Positions 54,341 through 64,000 of a DNA stretch of 64,000 bases are shown in pieces. Numbering within the stretch: the first letter of the stretch is position 1; each line of letters begins with the position of its first letter. This stretch comes from Antedon mediterranea (taxonomy: Eukaryota > Animalia > Echinodermata): assembly GCF_964355755.1 (NCBI RefSeq), contig NC_092673.1, forward strand, positions 34,035,648-34,099,647. Direction: 5' to 3'. The notes under the pieces are model-generated. The model was not told the DNA's origin. It worked only from the letters and a program-made list of their open reading frames with translations, and did not search any database. The position numbers and the translations under genes are program-made.

Positions 54341-56739
54341 ACATGAACATTTAAAATATAAAATAATAAAAATTAGGCCTAAGATGTAAAAATTACCATG
54401 AAGGAAAGTAATGTTTCTAAATAATTATATGCATTACAAACAAAAGTATTATTTGAAATAATTTATTTGAAACATTTTGGAACCCTCAGGGACAGTGCCT
54501 ATCCATTTTTTTATTTTGATATTTTTTTACTTGTACTTTGAATAAATTTAGTTAATGTGGAATTTTGAATTTCAGAAGGTAATGTATTAAACAGGATGGT
54601 ACTTTATATACTGAAATAAGGTTGTTAACGTCCACCAGTCTGATTGCTTATTGCAACATATTTAACATATTGCTTTTATACATACTATGGTACTTAGTTG
54701 TAACACTGCAAGTAATAATATACTACGTACTCTCTCTACACCACTCTTAATGCAGCACCGTGAAGCCATAGATAGTTCTTGATACATCTTGGTAATTATC
54801 TTAATTTGATCGAATTATTATACTGCTGTTTGCGATCTATAAAGTAATGGGGATCCTAGCAAGAAATATGTTAGTTTATTGTTTAGTGGAACGCGGTGTG
54901 TCAAGTCCGTTGCGTGATGCCCAGGCCAGGTGATGGCAACATCATCGGCTGAAGATGGACGTGACATGGGCCTAACTAGGAAAATAGTCCATACATCACA
55001 TACACATCGTGGCTGTGTATTATTGTACTGCATAGGTTTAAATATCAGCATAATATTACACTTTAAACAACATGTAAACTCCCAAAACGTAACGCGTAAA
55101 CGCGCGCCCACAGCGTAAACGCGCGCCCACAGCGTTTAGGTAAAATAATATTGTAGACATAACCCAGAGCGTGGATCGTCATAATATTTCAATCCTAGAA
55201 ATAAAGTGTCATTTTGATGTATTGGTGGTTTACCAGCCTTTGTTTTTAAGAAACATCTTTTAAGCATGTCATGTTATTTTCATGAGGAACAGTAAGTTAA
55301 ACAAATGTACTTATATAATATTGTTATACCATAATTTAGTGGGTAATACCGTAGTGAAACACAATGTTGAATGCTATTTTTTGTCCGACTGCCATTATTT
55401 ACTGACTTGATTATCCACAAAAATATTATCATTACCATAGATGTCTGCAAAAATAATCAGCGCTATTTCAATTATCATAGTTTACTGAAATATAAAAGCA
55501 TACTTTAGAATCAGTTATTTCCCATCAAACCTTTCTATTTCCGTATGTCACGTGGATTTTGCCAAATGCCTTGGTTTCGATTGACGAGGTGGTGTCATTG
55601 TGCGTCTGTACAAGGAGTCTAATTAACTTTTCAATCAACTAAATCACATTAAAACTTACATTTCTCCTTATGTTTATAGGATATCAAAAATAACTTAACC
55701 ATTGAATATTGAAGTATCACTTCATGACCCAATACTATATCGTAGGCCTATTTGATTATTATAGCTATTGGGTAATGAGATGAGCATTGCTGAGTAAAAG
55801 TCAGGGGGCACAAGTTCACATTTCCGGCGATATTAGAAACCGTACTCTTACGACCATTCTCACTTGCAGCCCCTAAGGACTTCTCTCTAACGTACGCATT
55901 GTACACTCTTGTTACATGTTCTCATCAATGTTTTCAGAGTGTACTTTTGTCAACAAGACTAAGGTGTCACTTGAATACTAGCGGCAAAGGATGTTTACAG
56001 GTATGTAGCCTGACATAATACACCAGGCGCACTGGGACAAAGAACCACCCTTAGGGGGAACTTTATATGACCTTGCAGGCACTTTAGGGTGAATGGCTGC
56101 AAAGAGCAATGCCCCTTCTCTATCTTCTTGGTGATACTATCTGATCTTAGGTAATTTGGGGGACATCATGGGCTGTGTTGCATTGATATCGTTTGGCTAA
56201 TACAACCGTCCAGGATGTCTAATAAACTCAGATTAAAACTCGAATATTTGAGTTTTCTAATCATATCCTAGTTCTTTACTCATTAACTAGCGGTCATGCT
56301 TATGGTATTCGAATTCAAATTTTAAATGTATTTAAACTTGCTGCCTCCAGCACCTTCAAATTACAAGAACAATACAAACTACTATTTTATCTATAGGTGT
56401 TGATGTTATCCTTATCAATAAAATCTAAAAGACCGTATTTATTGTCTATTCTTCTCTATTTTGTTCTATCGATATAATACATGTGTTGGACGTCTGTCCT
56501 TTTCGCTGCATCGTGGTTGCATTTGCACGTACGTTCCTAAATCATAGAAATACTTGATTTTCTGTGAATATCCATGCTTCTTCTCTATCTGGTCGATACT
56601 TCCGTTTATGTGCTACGATTCTCGTATTATAGTCTAGCGACAATAACCATGCGGCAGTATCATGTCTGCTAACAACTGTAACAGTCACACACACTAGCAA
56701 CTGACAAATTTAACCTAACCCTGTAAATGAACAAAAAAC

Positions 56740-56805
56740 GTGCATGGGATTCGAACCAAGGTCTACCGATTTTCAAAGCTGAGGCATTACCCAGCTGACT
56801 ATCCC
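56740..56805 (-). mobile_element. tRNA-like SINE head / tRNA pseudogene
   Basis: Minus: ggatagtcagctgggtaatg...cttGGTTCGAATCCcatg; the stems do not pair well. Confidence 0.45.
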
Positions 56806-57889
56806 ATATGTATGACGGTTAGGGTTTTGGTTTTCTTCGCACTATTATGCGTTTTTTTGCGACCCTTGACGCTTAAGAGAAAAAAACATTACTTTTAAGG
56901 TAAGCCTAAAGTGCCACTCGAGGTACGACACTACTTCAGTAATGCGAGTTGTTGAACGGATATCCTCTCCGCTAAGCTAACATCATTAAAAATGATCTCA
57001 GTTAACGTTTCGTTCTCAGTTACATCTTTCAGACTATTCGATTTCTTTAGCTACTTACATATTGCAATTATTTTACCAACCCCATTGTGATGTTTCGCTG
57101 TACGCGGTTTGTTTAACATAGCACATCGGATCATTTGGTATTCTAGTATTCTCCACACTCTCATTTCACATGCGTTTACACCTGTTTTGTATTTATGTCA
57201 TTAAAATGATGATGATAATGTACAATCTTCCTTAATAATTTAGACGGTGTGAAAAACATAAATCTATGATTTACATAACATTTACTTAGTTGACAATAAC
57301 TTTTTATGTTTGGTTTTTTCAACAAAATAAAGTCTTGTGGGAAGAATGAAAGACAATACTTTATGTGTGAAGAATGTACTAAAATAATCTAAATCAAATT
57401 CGGATACATTTGCTTTTTAATTAAGTACATATATATATGTTACGGCACGTTTATTGCGACTCTTTGAATTTTGCTACATTCGAGGGAAAAGTTAAAGTTC
57501 AGGTACAGGCATGAATTAAAAAAAATAATATTTGCTTAATTGTACATAGGCCTAAATAAAATATTTGTAGAATAGAAGTGAAAAATTTTCAAATACAAAA
57601 TTTTTCAAAATTCTGCTATAAAAACCAGGAAGACTTTTTTTCAATAGTTAGGTAGTGTAACCTAATGTAATAACATGTCTAGTGACTCCCTAGAAGGTAA
57701 AAAAAGTTGATTGTGATTGCCTTTAATTTTGCCACACTCGAGGAATTTACACAGGCGAGCGGTAACGTAATCGACCTTACTTTTCTTTTCGTGATATACG
57801 CAATATTTAAATAAACACATTCAAGTACCTGTAATAGGTAAAGCTGAATATTTATCTTAAAGTCTGTTTCCAATAGGCAAATTTGTTCG

Positions 57890-58015
57890 CTCGAATCCCA
57901 TGTTTTTTTGCGCGAATCCAATGTTTTTGCGCGAATGCCATGTTTTTGCGCGAATGCCATGTTTTTTCGCGAATCTCTTGTTTTTGCGCGAATCCTATGT
58001 TTTTGTACGAATCCG
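57890..58015. repeat. About 20-bp tandem repeat (tgtttttgcgcgaatccna)
   Basis: About 6 visible copies. Confidence 0.8.
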
Positions 58016-59496
58016 AGCTGTTTGATTCGTATGTGTGCTAATGAACACACATCATAACTAAGTTCTGAGCTCTGACTGTTTGCACAATAGAATTAGTCGC
58101 AGAAAGGGATGAAAAGATGAAAATATTAATACGCATGCGCATAATCTGAAGCTTTCCAACAAATTCATTTAGTGTAAAACAGACTTAGAAGCAATTTTTA
58201 TTGCTTCTTTACACAACATAAACGTTCCTTGTTTAGTATGCAATGCAGTTCATTTTGCGGTAATTTCCACTAGGTGGATTTATTCGCATGAATCGAAAGC
58301 GTTGACTAATGCGCATGCGTATTTCAAATTTACTCTTTTTGTGTATTGCAAAACAATACGCACAATTAACCTCCGAGCTCAGAAATGTAGAAACGTAGTG
58401 TAAAACAGACTTCAAGTTTATAAAAAAAATAAGTTCACAGTGCACGATATCAAAGGTTTTTGTTGAAAAATGTCTCAGAATTTGATCGTAAAACATATTT
58501 GAAATCGGAACTCTTTTTAAATGATTGATCGTCACTAGGATATTAAATTTAATTCTAATCTTGAAACTAAATTAAATCCATTTCGTATGTCAAGTCCAAT
58601 ATTAAATCTGGTTTTTTTTTTAAACGTTATTGGTTTTTCAAAAAAGAAGATAATATCGTTTAGTCAATCTTGAATTATTTTAGTATAGGCATCTGTCTCA
58701 ATGTGTTACGGCTAACTAACCAGAAAGGTATAGTAATTGAATTATTAATTAAAGATGTAGGCCTATTGTTCCCCGGAAAAAAATATTTTTTTAATGTCAC
58801 AATTTGATTGAAAAAAAGTACTTAACTGAAAAAAACTGTAATTTAAAGCCAAAAACAGATAAATTGGCTGCCAGCCAATGGATTTTCGGTTAAATTTATT
58901 CGTTTATTTTGTATTTTTTTAAGTAAAACATTTTTTGTCTGCTTTTTTATGGAAGTGATAGGCCTAAACTTTATTTAAACTACAAAATAACCTATTCAAA
59001 GTTGATTTATTAATCTTAAATTTTCATGTTTTTGGGGACAATACATCTTTAAAGGATAGCTTCGGGTATACATTTTCATTTTTTTATTATAAAATCTAAA
59101 CAACAACATTGATAAAGAGCCTACTTATTTTTTGTCACCGGTAAAACTGAAAAAAAGTGGTGTTACAGGACAAAATGGACAGGAATTATACCGATTTCAA
59201 ATGACTTACGAAAAACCGGGTAAATATTTCCAATAAAAATAGTTTTGCTACTCGGAGACTGCGGCAATTGACAAACTCATAGAATAATAAATAAAGACGC
59301 ATACAACATAAGTTCTGGCTTAAATAGTTTAATTAGTAAATGAACATTCACCCATGTAAAACTGCACATAAAAGTCATAAGCAAATATAAGTTATATAGC
59401 AATAATTTTCCAATTTTAAGTAAGCACAAAAGGCATGCTCAGAGAAAAATTAATCACAACAGGGATGCTCAGAGAAAAATTGTCTTCAATTTAATG

Positions 59497-59890
59497 TTGA
59501 TTGATTGATTAAATTTATTTGATGCTCAACATTAAAATAACAAACAGACAAAAGACAAAATAACGAGCATCAGGAACACCCATTAGGCCGGAAAAACCAG
59601 CCCATTTCCAATGGGGTCCAAATTGCACATAACAAACAATAAAAAATACAAAATTTATAAAAAAATATAAATATATATATATATATTAAAAATAAAGCCC
59701 AGTAAAACAGAAAAATTAAAAGAGAAAGCAAACAAGTAATGAGTAAGATTGCACGTTATCAAGACCATTATAGTTATCAAAATTATTATAAATATTAAAT
59801 ATTGCGTTCAAAATGTTTTTTAATATGTAATTTGAAAGTAGTTGGAAATTAATTTTAAGTTTGTTGGAAGAGCGTTCCAGTCTTTGATGT
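59497..59890 (-). mobile_element. 3' end of an L2/CR1-like LINE
   Basis: Minus translation KDWNALPTNLK, 3' UTR stem-loop ggaccccattgg...aatgggtgttcc, and an aataaa...(tcaa)n tail. Confidence 0.55.
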
Positions 59891-60378
59891 GATCGTGTTA
59901 ACAGAGAGGATGCTTAATCGAAGAGGTCGAAAACCCGCCCTCTCCGTTCTCAAAATAGAATTGTGTTCCCAACCCAATTCTTGATTATTTTTCCTGTGTC
60001 AAATTTATTTCAATCTATATACTTTTTTCCTAATTTACATAAATTTCCTATCGTATAGCATAACAAAAAGTCCTTTAGTTTGTATATACCGTATATGCAA
60101 TAAATACCATATGTGATGGCTGTACATTATTACCGATCATTGATACAAATTTGTTTTTAATTGAAGGTAACACAGACGACTGCATAAATTATTTATATAT
60201 TTGGTAAGATAGTCTTGGTTTGGTTTTTCGTCAAATGAAATATTATGACAATAATAATACGTAGAGCACTGCGTTGGTAGAAAACGATTGTGAACACTAA
60301 TAACGTGTGAGAATGAATAATAATAATACACTGGAACGTATTCGAATTAAAAAGACTATCAACCGTGTAAAGACCAAT

Positions 60379-60799
60379 TTATACAGACGAGCGCTAACGG
60401 TAATGGTAAGCGGAAAACCGCATTGCTTGTCCCACATAGCGCGCAGAATTCGCGAGCGGTGTGGCGGAAAGTAGGTGCTTGTAGGCCTCGAGGCTACTGC
60501 ATGTTGCAAGCATTACTGGTGGCCTGGACTAGACTAATATGACTGACTGTCTTAGGTTTTAGAGGGACTTGTTGCCTAATAAATTCCAAAATGTATATTT
60601 TCTTTACACAAACAATCATTCACGTTGTGGTTGTTTGTGTTCTGTGTAAATGGTCATAAGAAACTATGCATATAGATTACACTTGTTGGCTTTCTGCTTA
60701 CCGTTACCGCCGCTTACCGTTACCGCTTACCGTTACCGCTTACCGTTACCGCTTACCGTTACCGCTTACCGTTACCGCTCGTCTGTATAAATTGGCCTT
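60379..60799. mobile_element. MITE with TIR (a)ccaatttatacagacgagcg and an internal 13-bp tandem (cttaccgttaccg)
   Basis: Inverted ends at 60379-60410 and 60770-60799. Confidence 0.75.
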
Positions 60800-63355
60800 T
60801 CAAATACTAGGCCTTATACATTGAATATAATACAAAATTTAATGTCGTCGGTCGGCCTCGGTTACGGCGTATAAAGGACAGAGAGACACGCTAAAAAGAA
60901 GAATGAAAAGGTTTAATCACAATTACCGAACGCTGATAGGCCTACGCTGGAAATTATTGATATTACAACAGAATAGTTAAACGTGTAGGAATACGGTACT
61001 AAAATTGATTAAAATACAAACAAAAGTGATACCGGTCGGTAACGGCGTATTAAGACAGAGAGGCAAGCTAAAAGTAGAATAACACGTAGGAGCTACCCTA
61101 TAATATGGTTACAGTCTCTCTTAAATTAAAATTTAAATTAAATTAAAGTTAATAATACACAAAAGTGAAATGATTTACTCTATCATTTTTCTACCACATT
61201 TTAAATATAGACATTAGCGTAATAGTATTTTAGTTCAGACTCGTGACGTTAAGGTGTTTTATCTAACGCAAGATGTACAGTAATCCTTTAGTGTTTAACG
61301 ATTGAACCAAAATAGCTGATGTATTCCGAAGTAGAGCGTTCGATCTTGCATACTCTGCTTGTTAAGGAACTCTCTGTGCAAGGCGTAAGTAACAGCTATT
61401 TTACGGTAATCTATACAAATTAGTTCAGGCAGACAATTATGTACGTCGCGAACATAACGCTCCTTTACGCTATGAGTCTGAACATATAAAATTACGTTCT
61501 TAACGTCAAATATAAATGTGTATACCGTATTACATAACGCTACCGTAATGGATATGAACAGCGGTTTAGGTCTTTGGTAAAAAAAAAATGTATACGTCGC
61601 GTAAATAACGTTACATTTTCACCATGATTCTAAACAGTAGTTTTAGTTTTTAAAGAAGTAATGTCGGATTGCTATTTAAAATCCCTATTCTCTATCATCA
61701 GCATCTCCAAATTGCTTTTAATGCAATGGTATTTATAGGCCATAGTTTATTTTATAGTGCGTTAACTCGATGCCTCATAATATTTCCTATATCTAGGTTA
61801 ATTTTTAATAAGACGTAAATGCATATAGGATCGTTAACAAAGAACACTTTACAACAATATTGATTGTAAATATAACTTCAATTTAAGTTCATTACTGGTA
61901 ACAACGGTTCTATTTTGTTTGGTAATTTTTATAATTACAACTCACGTTTATTCGTTACCATTTCAATATATTAATTGCACTGTGGTTTTTACTTCCTTTG
62001 AAATAAGAAATGCTTTTCTTTATACCGTAATAATAATTGTACTCTGTACTACGCTACGGTAAAAAACATTTTACTTTTATGAATGTTATTTCCAACTACA
62101 CGCTCTCAATATAATAGCACATATTTTCCACTACTTAGTTCTACCAGTTTAGTTTTTTGTAGTTTTTTTATAGTTTTTATATTTAGCATTTTTCGGTACC
62201 CTGAAAAAAAAAATCTTCATTACTTTTTTTGTCCTGTTTCCTGTTCTATTTTCTTATTCAGTTTTTATGGGCCGGGCTTCCTTATACAAGCTTCGTTTTT
62301 TTTTTATCTTGCCCCTCTTATTTTCATCATATTTACTGTTAATTTTATTAACTATGAAATTATAAGAGAAATAAATGTTACTTTGATTTATTGATTGATT
62401 CTTCGTTTTACAACTATTTCTATACTCTTTATCACCAAATGCGACTGCGCTCATAATTTTAATGCTAACATCATGTCTGGTTAAACGTCGCGACGTTGAA
62501 CCAGACAGAATAAACGATATAAACCCGTTCAGGACTCATCAATATGACGGCATCAAACGCGTTATTGAATGTAAACATACCATTAAACCTATAAACACAT
62601 GAGATTGATATAAAGTAAATATAACTGGACTAAAGCAAATGTCAATGATGGATTACATCTTTATGTGTGCCCTAATGTGTGCCAATATCAAATAGTTGTA
62701 TATTTGTTGTTAGTCACAATTGGTGAAAGTAAATTAACAAACACGAGTATATATGCAGTTGACCAAATGTTTTATGTGTAAAGAGTGAGCCACTTCAAAA
62801 TAATTGATTATAACATTGTTGAACGCGTTCTAGCATAACAAACCGAAGTTTTAGTCTCTGTTTTTACCTTCATATTCCATCCATGAACCATCTGCAAAAC
62901 CAGTAGTCATTATACATTTTGCCGCCATTTAACTGCTGCTAATTGAATTATTGCAAAATGTTTCGATTTCGAGAGACCGATAGGCGCTATTAATGGTAAT
63001 AATATATTAATGTGTGTATGTATATTTACATTACCCATATTGATTATGTTTTTAATGATATATCGGTATGGTGTTTTTAGAATTAATTAATTTACCCATA
63101 TGAATGGCCATATGAATTATATACAGACGTCTTTCTAGCATATTTAATTAACTAATCTACGCTGTAGCTGCGTGGGTTATGTTAGGATGTTTGATTCCAA
63201 GCTATATGAGTTCAAAGCGTGGGTTATGTTAGGATGTTTGATTTCAGGCTAGATGAGTTCTAAACGTCACCCTAACAAGTAGTTGTTCCCACTGCATATC
63301 CATTGAGTAGACCTACTTCATTTCTACGTCACACTTGGCAAATGTTTATAATTAT

Positions 63356-63824
63356 CTCTGTAAAAATAGTGTTTAGATCTTAAACATGTATTTTTTCCCC
63401 CACACATTTAGCTTTAAGTAGATATGAACATGTTTAGATTCTAAATACATTCTAAACATGTAGTCAACTCAACACATCAGTGACGTGTTGATTGGTAAAC
63501 ATGAGGAGCAATATAAAGACACGTTTAGGGTTTAAACGTATTTAATTTGCCATGTGTGGAGCTCATGCGTAGAACTTTTTTCCGTCACAGTAAAATCGTA
63601 TGCACGCAACTCGTATGCACGCAACGCTTAACACGTACCTAAACTTGTTGACTGAACATAATAGTGACACGTTAACTGCTAAACAAGTGGAGGAAAACAA
63701 CATGTAGCTATAAACATGTTTAGATTTTAAACATGCTAAACATGTAACTACGTGTTTAAAAGCTAAATGTATGGAAAATGGGTACAAAATAGATGTTTAA
63801 GATCTAAACACTATTTTTACAGTG
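63356..63824. mobile_element. Long-TIR foldback MITE (ctgtaaaaatagtgtttagatcttaaacat)
   Basis: About 30-bp perfect terminal inverted repeat plus internal inverted subrepeats (aacatgtttagatt). Confidence 0.8.
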
Positions 63825-64000
63825 TGTACCAACGTAATTGTAATATGCACAATAATATGATTTATGGGCACAAAGATACGCGAGGAGAAAGACTAATTCA
63901 TGACCCGTTTCATTTGGTTGCAGGCTTTATTCCCAACAGGGAACATCTCCCTGTTGGGAAAAAACAATCGTAATAATTCATTAATTTCATTCAATCTTTT

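Noticed and set aside
45412-63973. Numerous 60-130 aa ORFs in the distal region
   Set aside because: Low-complexity, AT-biased translations, many with non-ATG starts or lying within repeats; no domain motifs.

Overview
AT-rich, intron-containing animal genomic DNA. NLR architecture and repeat families suggest a marine invertebrate deuterostome, possibly an echinoderm; this is an inference. Four spliced genes can be rebuilt by hand. (1, 2) Two tandem minus-strand NLR immune-receptor paralogues (tandem DED-like domains, NACHT, LRR) at 223-5415 and 10930-16614, each with a non-NLR-coding leader exon. (3) A 7-coding-exon PCGF1 (Polycomb RING/RAWUL) gene on + at 20455-27917, head-to-head with the second NLR. 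(4) An orphan single-pass mucin-like receptor on + at 33925-42779, with tyrosine motifs in its tail and a 4.9-kb 64-bp satellite in its last intron. 43-64 kb has no convincing CDS and holds MITEs, SINEs, a Helentron-like element, LINE ends and minisatellites. The most notable signal is a spliced upstream ORF in both NLR leaders (MYML[F/Y]IKIPEPPL[Q/H]VN[R/G]NLDGT...) whose differences are mostly at third codon positions, whereas the two genes' DED exons barely align. Other points: a solo LTR in the NLR1 promoter, LRR expansion and truncation, TAGGCCTA as an insertion footprint, and a degenerate Penelope-type hammerhead.
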